Source of the DNA: Candidatus Methylomirabilia bacterium
GTDB taxonomy: Bacteria; Methylomirabilota; Methylomirabilia; Rokubacteriales; CSP1-6
Assembly: GCA_046758965.1 (NCBI GenBank)
Contig: JBHIBG010000040.1
Span: 1-22,710 of the forward strand
Direction: 5' to 3'
DNA length: 22,710 nt
In this document: positions 8,975 through 17,774 of the stretch, piece by piece
Layout of the letters: each line of letters begins with the position of its first letter
Numbering within the stretch: position 1 is the stretch's first letter
Position numbers and translations under genes: made by a program
The notes under the pieces: model-generated
Databases searched by the model: none
Told to the model about the DNA's origin: nothing
What the model saw: the letters and a program-made list of their open reading frames with translations, nothing else

Positions 8975-10945
8975 TCATACGCCATTCGTTGTTAGTGAAT
9001 TGAACTTCTCGGTGTATTGTAATACTGCCCAGACAAAAGAGGAATGACTCCATGTGAGCGGTGAAACAGAGAGAGGAGAACTGGTTACAGGGTGAACCTG
9101 CTCTGCAAACACACCGGAAGGAACCGCATTCTTCCCGCACCATTCAAGGTAAGGAAGGGCCTCGTGAAGTTCCTGAAGACTTTCGGCGCAAGCAATGAAA
9201 TACTCTCCCAACCAGAGCGTTGAGATAAACCAGGGATTGCCCGGAATAGCGGGTGGGCTATCATTCGGCCGATGATAAACATCATTCTGGTATCGGGCAC
9301 AACCTTCAGCGGGGGTTTTGAGCCATAGTTGCTGACGGATGGCCTCCATTGTTTCAACCATCCGCGGATCTTTGGGAGGCAATGCTCCCAGAATCGTGAG
9401 TCCCAACAGGCTGACATCGATCACTTCATCGAGTTCATAGCCTGTCCCGCTTCTGTAACCCGAGCGGGCGTACCTCTTCAGACCAGTGTGGTACAGATGC
9501 CTGGTAAGCCCTTCCTTCATTTGTTCGGCCACGTTGTCATATTTCTCTGCCAGAGAGACCTCTTGAAAGAGTCTTGCAAAATTCGCCGCCGCCCTGAGGC
9601 CAGCAATGACTGCTGCGACAGTAAAGGCGTGTACTCCAAAACGCTCTTCCCAGAGATCATAGGAGGGGATGGGCAGCAGGGTCTCAGGATCTCGGTGAGT
9701 CACCAAAAAGTCGGCAGACTTTTGAATGAGCTTATTGTAGAGAGGTCTGATGAATCCTATTTCTTTAGAATTCTCGTAGTGTATCCAGAGCGCCCAGAGA
9801 ATCAAAGCGGTCGAGTCCTCCTGTATGGGAAGTACCGCTTTCCCGTCCAATAACCATGGGTGCCAATTGCTGGCCAGTGATCCATCAGGATTATAATGCT
9901 GGTAGAGATAGCCCTCCTCTGATAGGATACGGGCGCAAAAGTCGAAAAAGTTCCTGCACACATCGGAGTAGCCTGCCTTCGCCAAAGCGGCAGCGACGAA
10001 GGCTCCATCACGGCCCCACATGTAAGAATAGGTATCTCTTCCAAAACGGACGATATCCGAGTCATTTGCTGCAATGATTGCTCCCCGGTTGTCAATCTGT
10101 GTTCTCAAAATGAGGAGGCTTCGGTTGAAAATGTCAGCGACCGTCTCGGGCAGATCACCAAAGGATCTGGATTCTTTTTGGACCCATACTTTCCAGTAAT
10201 TCGACGTTCTTTTGATCAGTTCTGTCGGCGTCTTCTCTATCACTTCATGGTTGAGTTGAGCCACCTCATGGTAAAGCGTGCCTGCTGCCACCCAATAAAA
10301 AGCTTCTGCTTTCCCGCCGGAGGGCAATTGCAGCCATATTCCGATTGTAGAGTCAGCAGAGCCCCAGAAAATCGGGTTCTTGCTGAGTTCGCCCTCCTCG
10401 GCCTCTTTCCAGATCCCTTTCCTTTCCGGAACCTCCTTGTCTCCGCAGGAGTAGTAATCCACGCCGAACTGGTCGGCCACAGAGCAACCAATGAGAAAGT
10501 ACCGATTGGCTTTGTAGTGTATGATGGAACGGGTTCGTGGATCAAAATAAGCCGTGTCTCCGATATCATTGCCATAAAGATGAAAGTCGTGACTGAAAAA
10601 GAGCCTGACTTGGCGCTCCTTCCTCTTCAGGTTTGTCACCTCGATCTTTTTTATATAGACGTTCAAATCTATGTCGACCACGTCAGAGCAGCAGAGGTCC
10701 AACCCCAAAGCCTCGTTTTTCAGAAAGACGTTAGTCACGAGGCTGTTATGCTGATATCTCAGGTCCTTTTTCCATTCCGGGCCCATCCACGAGCATTGTC
10801 CATCCACCCACACTCCGAACCGGAAGGGGTTCCCCTTTGAGTGATTCTCCTGGCCGATCAAGGGGAAATACACATCCCGAATCTGATAATCCGAATCAAA
10901 GTTAAAAAGAAGATTGCCGTTGCTTACCGGAATGTCTTTTGGCAT
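8975..10945 (-). CDS. Glycoside hydrolase family 15 (glucoamylase/trehalase-like)
   Basis: YSYMWGRDG (WxRD), SYDLWEE (catalytic acid), GVFAEQV (catalytic base), SPLTWSH; no signal peptide; AT-richer than flanks. Confidence 0.92.
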   Translation of the reverse strand: MPKDIPVSNGNLLFNFDSDYQIRDVYFPLIGQENHSKGNPFRFGVWVDGQCSWMGPEWKKDLRYQHNSLVTNVFLKNEALGLDLCCSDVVDIDLNVYIKKIEVTNLKRKERQVRLFFSHDFHLYGNDIGDTAYFDPRTRSIIHYKANRYFLIGCSVADQFGVDYYSCGDKEVPERKGIWKEAEEGELSKNPIFWGSADSTIGIWLQLPSGGKAEAFYWVAAGTLYHEVAQLNHEVIEKTPTELIKRTSNYWKVWVQKESRSFGDLPETVADIFNRSLLILRTQIDNRGAIIAANDSDIVRFGRDTYSYMWGRDGAFVAAALAKAGYSDVCRNFFDFCARILSEEGYLYQHYNPDGSLASNWHPWLLDGKAVLPIQEDSTALILWALWIHYENSKEIGFIRPLYNKLIQKSADFLVTHRDPETLLPIPSYDLWEERFGVHAFTVAAVIAGLRAAANFARLFQEVSLAEKYDNVAEQMKEGLTRHLYHTGLKRYARSGYRSGTGYELDEVIDVSLLGLTILGALPPKDPRMVETMEAIRQQLWLKTPAEGCARYQNDVYHRPNDSPPAIPGNPWFISTLWLGEYFIACAESLQELHEALPYLEWCGKNAVPSGVFAEQVHPVTSSPLSVSPLTWSHSSFVWAVLQYTEKFNSLTTNGV

Positions 10946-10959
10946 GGTTTCTTATGTGG

Positions 10960-12210
10960 CTATGCTTCCATGTGGAGAGGTTTTGAAAGATAGCCGGTTG
11001 ACAACGTGCTGTCGGTGTCTGATATTTTATGGTCGTTGACTATCTGCTGGTACAACTCTGAGTATTTATCGGCCATAATGGGTATGGAGAAGTGATTCTG
11101 TACATGTCTCCGGCATTCACGAGGATCGATATAGTCGATGCGGTCAACTGCCCCAATCATGGCGGTCATCGAATCCACCACGAACCCTGTTTCTCCCTGC
11201 ACCACTATTTCCGGGACGGCACCTTTATTGAATGCAATGGCTGGTGTGCCGCATGCCATTGACTCGATGAGAACAAGTCCAAACGGCTCACCCCATTGTA
11301 TAGGGAATAAAGTGGCTCGTGCATGCCGGTACCATTTCTTTTTATGCTCGCCGCTGATTTCTCCGATGTAGATAATCTGTTTGTCGCAGTCCAACAACGG
11401 CTTTATTACCCCTTCGTAATAATTCTTATCAACCGGACATGTGCCAACTTCAACCAACAGATCTATGGAAGCCTTCATGCCTGCAAAAAACTGCCTGTCT
11501 TCGGGTTTATTCTGGATACAACCGGCGATGATAAGCTTAGATCCTGTTCTTTTCGCAAGTTCTATGGCCTTATCCTGCCCCTTGTCACGGGTTACCCTGC
11601 CGATGGTGAAGAGATAGCTTCCTGTGTCCGGCCCCTCTTTTACAGGATATTCGCCGACTTCAATTCCGTGGTAGACAACATTCGCTGTGTTCACCAAGTC
11701 CTTATACTGGCGTTTTTGATATTCGCTTATCGAGACGCAATATACCAGGGAAGATGAGAGAGGATTACACCAGCGCTGGTAAGCTACGTCCAGCACGCTT
11801 TCTTTTGCAGACGCGTGAAGGGTCATCACGATCGGTAGATGCATCGCGGATGCACCGTCATAAATGAACTCGACTGCTTTTGCATCGTGCGTGTGTATGA
11901 CGTCGATGTCGCCGATGTTTGCCCTGTCCAATACCCGTGTAAGGTGCGTATTCATGGTTTGACGCCGTTCCGGGGTGTCATCGCTCCAATAGTCGCCGAT
12001 GCTTTGATCAACAGTCACGTAGTGTTCCCCAACGACTGTGGAATCACCTGGACAGGCAACGATCGACCTGTGACCTAAGGAATGGAGCCCCTTGTCTATA
12101 TTATAAATGATCGTTTCTATGGGACCATACCCAAGGTCTGGGCTGATCGGCTGGTTAAGGGTTGCCACGTGCAGGACCGTCAGTTTTTCATGTTTTGTCT
12201 TCATTGTCAC
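10960..12210 (-). CDS. Glycosyltransferase family 4 (GT-B)
   Basis: GYGPIE N-terminal motif, GRVTRDKG, WGEPFGLVLIESMACGTP (EX7E), GAVPEIVVQGETGF; GGAG upstream of GTG 12210. Confidence 0.92.
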   Translation of the reverse strand: MTMKTKHEKLTVLHVATLNQPISPDLGYGPIETIIYNIDKGLHSLGHRSIVACPGDSTVVGEHYVTVDQSIGDYWSDDTPERRQTMNTHLTRVLDRANIGDIDVIHTHDAKAVEFIYDGASAMHLPIVMTLHASAKESVLDVAYQRWCNPLSSSLVYCVSISEYQKRQYKDLVNTANVVYHGIEVGEYPVKEGPDTGSYLFTIGRVTRDKGQDKAIELAKRTGSKLIIAGCIQNKPEDRQFFAGMKASIDLLVEVGTCPVDKNYYEGVIKPLLDCDKQIIYIGEISGEHKKKWYRHARATLFPIQWGEPFGLVLIESMACGTPAIAFNKGAVPEIVVQGETGFVVDSMTAMIGAVDRIDYIDPRECRRHVQNHFSIPIMADKYSELYQQIVNDHKISDTDSTLSTGYLSKPLHMEA

Positions 12211-12508
12211 GGTAGATGTCTCCAGATATGCCTGAGAGTGTCCGGGAACGACTGTTGTGGATCTGACATCGACGAGACTACCGCCTGTGGTATCCAGCGC
12301 GGCGCGTCCAGCTTCAGGTGTGGCGTTGATTCGACTCGCGATCCCGCTCGTTACGGACTCGACGATGCCTTTTTCGCTCCTCAGCCATCAGAAACGTCTT
12401 GTTGTCGGACAGGCCAAACGCACGTCAGCTCAACGGGGCTGGTCGTGGGAGAACTCGCGCGAATTATCGAGGTTCGCATAAGTAATGGAATGCCATCCAA
12501 TTCCTGCT

Positions 12509-12560
12509 CCCCCTCACCTTTGTCCTCTCCCCCATTGGGGGAGAGGGGAGGGTGAGGGGG
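12509..12560. repeat. REP-like palindromic element
   Basis: CCCCCTCACC-tttgt-CCTCTCCCCC-att-GGGGGAGAGG-ggag-GGTGAGGGGG: two perfect 10-bp stems; resembles the widespread CCCTCTCCC..GGGAGAGGG extragenic repeat type. Confidence 0.8.
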
Positions 12561-12824
12561 TCAAAGGCGTCCCGTTGTGCCATTACCTATGCAAAGGTCA
12601 ATAGCGTCTGGGTGGGGTGTCCAGGTTCGCGCCGGGTACCCGGGCAAGGCCTGCAGGAGGGTCCAGCGCAGCGTGGTTCCCTCGCTCACGGCGCGGGCCC
12701 GCGCGGCTCGCTGAAGGTCGTGGGGGATGCCGCGCAGGAGGTAGGTGCCGGTGGTCGCCATGCGAGCAAGCACGCGGATCGGCAGGGGACGGCCCTCCGA
12801 CGGCGCGAACGTTTCGAGAGTCAT
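12561..12824 (-). CDS. Small hypothetical protein, ribbon-helix-helix-like
   Basis: AAGGAGGA RBS before ATG 12824; TYLLRGIPHDLQRAARARAVSEGTTLRWTLLQAL fits the beta-alpha-alpha RHH pattern. Confidence 0.55.
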   Translation of the reverse strand: MTLETFAPSEGRPLPIRVLARMATTGTYLLRGIPHDLQRAARARAVSEGTTLRWTLLQALPGYPARTWTPHPDAIDLCIGNGTTGRL

Positions 12825-12883
12825 AACTCGTCCTCCTTCACCTCGGGCTCCGGCGTCCCGCCTGTCCACCCTCGATAATCGGG

Positions 12884-12940
12884 CTTGACTTCACAATTAC
12901 CATTCTATATATTATTTGTCAAGTATAAATTATATAAGAA
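12884..12940. promoter_or_regulatory. AT-rich divergent promoter region
   Basis: TTGACT-N17-TATATT on plus (12885-12913); TTGACA on minus (12922-12917); CTTGAC...GTCAAG inverted pair; most AT-rich patch in the window. Confidence 0.65.
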
Positions 12941-13004
12941 CACACATAGACGGCAGCGCCCGGGCGTGAGGCAGGTGAGCAGGCCGGGCCGGTAGGAGGC
13001 GGTG

Positions 13005-13325
13005 ATGTTCGAGCATGAGAGCAGAGTCCTCCTGATTCTGCCCCAAGATGTCCTCGACCGGGCGCGGGTCTTGGCGGGAAAGGCGACAACCAGGCTCAGG
13101 CTCCCGGTGAGCCTCCAGATTGTCCTCCGGGCTCTCATCGAGGAGGGGCTGAAGCGGGATAGCGACCGGAACCTCCTCGCAAACCTTACGGGCCAGGCCC
13201 AGGCGGTCCGCCGGATCCGGAGTCTGGCGCGTAAGAGGCGAGGAGCTGAGGGGGAACGCAGGAATGTCGGGTCTGGAATCCGGCGGCGGCTGACCGGGCG
13301 TGAGTGGCAGAGCCGCGGAAAGTGA
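13005..13325 (+). CDS. Hypothetical protein, ribbon-helix-helix-like N-terminus with basic tail
   Basis: AGGAGG RBS; RVLLILPQDVLDRARVLAGKA...VSLQIVLRALIEEGL fits the RHH pattern; alternative GTG start at 13002. Confidence 0.65.
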   Translation: MFEHESRVLLILPQDVLDRARVLAGKATTRLRLPVSLQIVLRALIEEGLKRDSDRNLLANLTGQAQAVRRIRSLARKRRGAEGERRNVGSGIRRRLTGREWQSRGK

Positions 13326-13401
13326 GGAGATCGAAGGGAGCGGTCCAGCGACGGGACGAGTCGGGACAAGTGGGGTGCGCGAGGCAAACGTTACGATGAG
13401 A

Positions 13402-13420
13402 GACGCTGACTGTCAGCGTC
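13402..13420. promoter_or_regulatory. Perfect palindrome, candidate operator
   Basis: GACGCTGAC-T-GTCAGCGTC, a few nt upstream of the AAGGAG RBS of the lipoprotein gene. Confidence 0.5.
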
Positions 13421-13440
13421 CTTACAAGGAGTAGGCGGCT

Positions 13441-13989
13441 ATGTGGACATGGGCAGGTGTGACGATCGTGACCGCGGCGGCAGTGGCGATGACCCTCGGC
13501 TGCTCCCAGCAGCCGTCAGGGACGGCAGCGGTGATCGAGGACAAGTCCTACACGGTGACGCCGACCTCGGTGAAAGTCAAAGCCGGGATCGTCACGGTTG
13601 ATGTGACGGAGATGAAGGTCACGGAGCGGATCGAGAAGGGCTCCGGCCGCGTCGTCTACCCAGCGAAGCTCACGGGGACGGTCGTGCTGAAGAATAGCTC
13701 TACGGATCAGGCGGTCCGCCTTATCGAAGGGAAGATCCAGTATCTCGACACCCAGGGGCAAGCCATCAAGCTCGAGGAGACACGGAGCGAGCCGATCATC
13801 AACTTCTCCGCATACGGTGCCGAGCGGCTCGATCCCGGGCAGGAGACCACAAGGTCGCTGGACGTGGACTTCCCCGCCGACGCCCTGAAGGCGAAGACGC
13901 TGAAGGATATCCGCCTCGATCTCGCGTACATTCCGTCACCGTACAAAGAGGAGACGGTCAACTTCACTGTGTCGATCAGCGGCCAGTAA
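13441..13989 (+). CDS. Putative lipoprotein of unknown function (beta-rich)
   Basis: AAGGAG RBS; hydrophobic signal ending in lipobox-like TLGC; alternating beta-strand pattern and RLDPGQE motif typical of Ig-like folds. Confidence 0.8.
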   Translation: MWTWAGVTIVTAAAVAMTLGCSQQPSGTAAVIEDKSYTVTPTSVKVKAGIVTVDVTEMKVTERIEKGSGRVVYPAKLTGTVVLKNSSTDQAVRLIEGKIQYLDTQGQAIKLEETRSEPIINFSAYGAERLDPGQETTRSLDVDFPADALKAKTLKDIRLDLAYIPSPYKEETVNFTVSISGQ

Positions 13990-14115
13990 GTCGGGAAGGT
14001 GGCTTCATCGAAAAAGGGGGCTTATGGGCGGGTGGACCGTCTGCCTCAGGCCATGGGGGGGAATCGATCGGGCCGCGAACGCGCCGGGACCCAGAAGTCG
14101 AACGGCGGGAGGGCT

Positions 14116-14265
14116 ATGCTGAATGACGTTCTGGCTGTGTGCGTAGGTGCCGCCGTGGTCGTGGTGTTTGCCACGATCTTCGGGGCGGTGGAGCTATTCT
14201 GGAAAGGGCTGCAAGCGGCTCGCCGCGTGACCGGACTAGGTTCCAAAGAGATCGGTCCGATTTAG
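14116..14265 (+). CDS. Small (49 aa) single-pass membrane protein
   Basis: GGGAGG RBS before ATG 14116; VLAVCVGAAVVVVFATIFGAVELFW hydrophobic helix followed by basic residues. Confidence 0.5.
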   Translation: MLNDVLAVCVGAAVVVVFATIFGAVELFWKGLQAARRVTGLGSKEIGPI

Positions 14266-14300
14266 ACCACTGCTCCCGAGCATAGTCGAAGAGGTGTGAG

Positions 14301-15440
14301 ATGGTACACCAGCAAGATGTCCAGGCGAGCCCTGCGGGCTAGGCAGTTCGAGCGGCAGAATCGAGAAGAAGCCTGAAATTCGGGAACGATAACGCCTTCC
14401 AGCTCGAGCTCCGGCGGCGGGTTGAAGAGTATTTCGGAACCACCGGCCGGCGGCAACGCGACTGTTGGCAGATGTACTTGAAGACGGCTATCCTCGTCGC
14501 CAGCTTCGCAGTTTCGTATGTGTTGCTGGTGTTCGTGGCCCAGGCCTGGTGGCACGGCCTGCTGCTGGCCATCCTGCTCGGGTTGTCTGCCGCCGGGATC
14601 GGGTTCAATATTCAGCACGATGGCGGCCATCAGGCGTATTCGAACTACCCGTGGGTCAACAAGCTTATGGCGCTGACGTTGGAGTTGATTGGAGGAAGTT
14701 CCTACCTGTGGCGCTGGAAGCACGTCGTGTTCCATCACACATACGTCAATATCACTGGTCATGACACCGACATCGACCTCGGCATCCTCGCGCGGTTGAC
14801 CCCGCATCAGAAGCGGCTCGCGTATCACCGGTGGCAACACTTTTATCTCTGGCCGCTCTACGGGTTGGTGGCCATCAAGTGGCAGCTTGTTGATGATTTC
14901 CGAAAGCTCACGAGCGGCCGGATCAGTAACCAGCGATTTCCTCGTCCTAGCGGCCGGGAGCTGGTGATCTTCGTTGCCGGCAAAGCGAGCTTCTTCACCG
15001 TGGCATTCGGGATTCCGCTCCTGTTCCACTCCGTCGGGGCGGTAGCGGTCTACTATGTGGTCGCCGCGCTGGTGGTGGGCACCGTGCTGAGCGTGGTATT
15101 TCAGGCGGCACACTGCGTGGAAGAGGCGGAGTTTCCGCTGCCCCGAGAGGAAACCGGGCGCATCGAACACGCATGGGCAGTCCATCAGGCGGAGACCGCC
15201 GTGGACTTCGCCCGGCGTAGCCGAGTCGTCGCATGGCTCCTGGGCGGCTTGAACTTTCAAATCGAACACCACCTGTTCCCACGGATCAGCCACGTCAATT
15301 ACCCCGCGATCTCGAGGGTGGTGGAAGAGACATGTCGAGAGTTCGGGATCAAGTACGCGGAGCACAGGTCATTCCGGGCAGGTATGGCGTCGCACTTCCG
15401 GTGGTTGCGACGGATGGGGATGCCGAGCCCGGCCGGATAA
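14301..15440 (+). CDS. Membrane fatty acid (acyl-CoA/linoleoyl-CoA-type) desaturase; in-frame TAG at 14340-14342 (possible pseudogene; longest open part from ATG 14472)
   Basis: His boxes HDGGH, HVVFHH, QIEHHLFP; conserved-looking N-terminus LKF...FQLELRRRVEEYF lies upstream of ATG 14472 in the same frame; ATG 14301 has a GAGGTG RBS. Confidence 0.85.
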
Positions 15441-15591
15441 CGCTCGGCCATCGGCATGTCGAGGCGGTGCTTGACGCTACGGGGTCCTGGAGCTAGCCTA
15501 TCTGCAACGTTTCGTCCAACGGCCCGACGAGTTGGAGGCCCCGGACGAACCGTCCCCGGTAGGAGGACGAGCAGGGGAGGGGAGAGCGCCT

Positions 15592-16539
15592 ATGCGGCTG
15601 TGTCAGTTCCAGACCCCCGGCGCCGGCCGGCGGGTCGGCCTGGTCGAGGGGGACACGGTGACCGACATCACCACGCGGCAGGAGGGGATCGTCTCCGTTC
15701 TCGATCTTCTCCTGCGCGGCCGGACCGCGGCCGGCATCGAACGCATAGCTCGGCGATTGGCGCGAGCGCCGCGACGGCTCCGCTACACGTGGACAGCGCT
15801 CGATCGCGCGCCGGGCGCGCGTCGACCGGGACTGCTCGCGCCGCTCGACCCGCCCGAGGTCTGGGGCGCCGGGATCACGTACCGGCGGAGCGCCGAGTAC
15901 TACGCCGAGCACGAGACCCGCGGGACGGCCCGGGCGAAGGGGATCTACGACTACGTCTACGAATCCGAACGGCCGGAGCTGTTCTTCAAGGCGACCGCCG
16001 CCCGCTGTGTCGCTCCTCACGCGGCGATCGGCCTTCGTGGGGACTCCAAGCTGACGGCGGTGGAGGCCGAGCTGGCATGCGTGGTCGGCGTCGGTGGCAG
16101 GATCGTCGCCTACACCGCCGGCAACGACGTATCCGCGTGGGATATCGAGCGGGAGAACCCGCTGTTCCTGCCGCAGTCGAAGATCTTCCGGGGAAGTTTT
16201 GCCTTCGGTCCGGTGATCGCCACCCCCCAGACGGTCCCGGACGCGCACGCCCTCACGATCCGGTGTGCGATCGAGCGGGGCGGCCGCGTGATCTACGAAG
16301 GGCAGGCAAGCACGCGGGAGCTCAAGCGCCGGTGCGACGAGCTCGTGGATTGGCTCACGCGCGACAATCCGGTCCCGCCCGGCACTGTGCTCTCCACGGG
16401 GACGGGAATCCTGGTGCCCGACGAGCACGCCTTACAGCCGGGCGACGTCGTCAGCATCACGATCGACGGGATCGGCACCCTGCGCAACCCTGTCCGCCGG
16501 CTCGACTCAGATGCGCTGCCCAGAGTGCCGGCAGGCTAA
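15592..16539 (+). CDS. Fumarylacetoacetate hydrolase family protein (2-keto-3-deoxy-pentonate dehydratase-like)
   Basis: EVWGAGITYRRS, IYDYVYESERPELFFKA, VEAEL, GNDVSAWDIERENPLFLPQSK, LSTGTG; purine-rich RBS before ATG 15592. Confidence 0.9.
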   Translation: MRLCQFQTPGAGRRVGLVEGDTVTDITTRQEGIVSVLDLLLRGRTAAGIERIARRLARAPRRLRYTWTALDRAPGARRPGLLAPLDPPEVWGAGITYRRSAEYYAEHETRGTARAKGIYDYVYESERPELFFKATAARCVAPHAAIGLRGDSKLTAVEAELACVVGVGGRIVAYTAGNDVSAWDIERENPLFLPQSKIFRGSFAFGPVIATPQTVPDAHALTIRCAIERGGRVIYEGQASTRELKRRCDELVDWLTRDNPVPPGTVLSTGTGILVPDEHALQPGDVVSITIDGIGTLRNPVRRLDSDALPRVPAG

Positions 16540-16700
16540 GCCTGCAGGTCAGAAATTCTGCGGGGAGTGTGGAGCACGACTCGCCTCCGTCTGGTCTGCC
16601 TGCGGAGCGCCCAATCCTCCGGGGCAGAAGTTCTGCGGCGAGTGCGGAGCCCCGCTGGCCCGGGTCCCCTCAGCGGCGAAGTTCGGCTCCCCCGAGGCCC
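16511..16700 (+). pseudogene. N-terminal double-zinc-ribbon remnant of an adenylate/guanylate cyclase-AAA-type protein
   Basis: MRCPECRQAKPAGQKFCGECGARL...ACGAPNPPGQKFCGECGAPL...KFGSPE; one expected Cys replaced by Trp; no cyclase domain follows. Confidence 0.75.
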
Positions 16701-16703
16701 ACC

Positions 16704-16826
16704 ATCCGCCAACTCACGCCGGCGCACTGGCCGCGCGCGGGAATCCACCCACGGCGTGGCCGGCGAATGACCTTCGACGACAACCACCTGGACCAGCTCT
16801 GGCGCGCTCTCGACAGTAAAGCTTGA
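16704..16826 (+). pseudogene. C-terminal remnant of a DinB-family gene
   Basis: IRQLTPAHWPRAGIHPRRGRRMTF/DDNHLDQLWRAL aligns by eye with LGRLSPAQRKRAGRHPEYGRLRI...HDLNHLKQVRTAL of the intact DinB at 3867-4394, with an internal deletion. Confidence 0.6.
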
Positions 16827-16850
16827 GACGCTCCGCCCCCTAGGACGGCA

Positions 16851-16913
16851 ACGGCCCCCGGCCTCACGATCCCGCCGCCGATCCTCTTCCGGGCGGCCAG
16901 GGTCATCGAATAA
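16851..16913 (+). pseudogene. C-terminal remnant of an ABC transporter substrate-binding protein (ABC_sub_bind type)
   Basis: TAPGLTIPPPILFRAARVIE* matches the family terminus TAKALGLTIPPSLLLRADQVIE*. Confidence 0.65.
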
Positions 16914-16926
16914 GGGAGTGATTACG

Positions 16927-17598
16927 ATGGTCAAGACGGTCGCGTTCTTCAAGCGTCAGCCCGGAATGTCGGTCGACGCATTCGTCACCTACTGGCGGAC
17001 GACCCACGCTGAGATCGTCGCGAAGCTGCCCGGTATCATCAGGTATGTCCAGTCTCACACCCTGCCCTCGGCTTACCGGAAGGGCGAGCCGGTCTACGAC
17101 GGCATCGCCGAGCTTTGGTTTGACGATACCCAGGTGATGCGGGCCCTGGCCCAGACCCCGGAGTACGCGGCGGTGCGGACCGACGAGGGCAACTTCATCG
17201 ACCCCTCCACCATGGGCTCAATCATCACCGAGGAACACGTGATCAAGGCCGGACCGGTCCCGCCGGGCGGGGTGAAGAACATCGCGTTTATCACCCACAA
17301 CCCGGGCATGTCCATCGACGCGTTCCAGCAATACTGGCGTGACGTGCATGGTCCGCTCGGCGCCTCTATCCCGGTGGTCCGGCGCTATGTGCAGAGCCAC
17401 ACCCGGCGCGCAATCTATGACAGCGGGCGAATCCCGGCATACGACGGCGTGGCGCTGACCTGGTTTGACGACACCCAGGCGATGCGGGTGTCGGCCGCCA
17501 CTCCGGAGTACGCCCGCGTCCGGGCCGACGAGGTCAACTTCCTGGCGCCGGGCAATCCACCGTTCATCATCACCACGGAGCACGTGATCGTGCCGTAG
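16927..17598 (+). CDS. Tandem EthD-domain protein
   Basis: Two internal repeats PGMSxDAFxxYWRxxH...RYVQSHT...YDGxAxxWFDDTQxMR...TPEYAxVRxDExNF; AAGGGAG RBS. Confidence 0.92.
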   Translation: MVKTVAFFKRQPGMSVDAFVTYWRTTHAEIVAKLPGIIRYVQSHTLPSAYRKGEPVYDGIAELWFDDTQVMRALAQTPEYAAVRTDEGNFIDPSTMGSIITEEHVIKAGPVPPGGVKNIAFITHNPGMSIDAFQQYWRDVHGPLGASIPVVRRYVQSHTRRAIYDSGRIPAYDGVALTWFDDTQAMRVSAATPEYARVRADEVNFLAPGNPPFIITTEHVIVP

Positions 17599-17612
17599 GG
17601 GCAGAGACCACC

Positions 17613-17741
17613 GTGAGGCTCAGAACAGCCGCGCTCATCCTCACCCTTGCCCTCGGACTGCTCCCCGCGCCGATGCCAGCCGACGCGCAGGAGGCAGGGA
17701 AGGTGCGGCTGAGGTGGTTCCTGGGACCCGGGGGTGAATGA
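17613..17741 (+). pseudogene. N-terminal (signal peptide) remnant of an ABC substrate-binding protein
   Basis: MRLRTAALILTLALGLLPAPMPADAQEAGKVRL resembles the family start ...LALGLLAAPLAAEAQQAGKVYRIG; stops after 42 codons. Confidence 0.55.
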
Positions 17742-17774
17742 TGGAGTTGAAGGGCCGCGTTGCCCTGGAGACTG

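Larger units (their letters stand above)
8975..12500. other. AT-richer, probably horizontally acquired cassette (GT4 + GH15)
   Basis: By eye, an abrupt change from the GC-rich backbone to roughly balanced composition at ~8.98 kb and back at ~12.6 kb; not computed. Confidence 0.65.

Noticed and set aside
14340..14342. Genome-wide TAG reassignment
   Set aside because: TAG ends several clearly complete genes in this window (panE-like, EthD, first split barrel)
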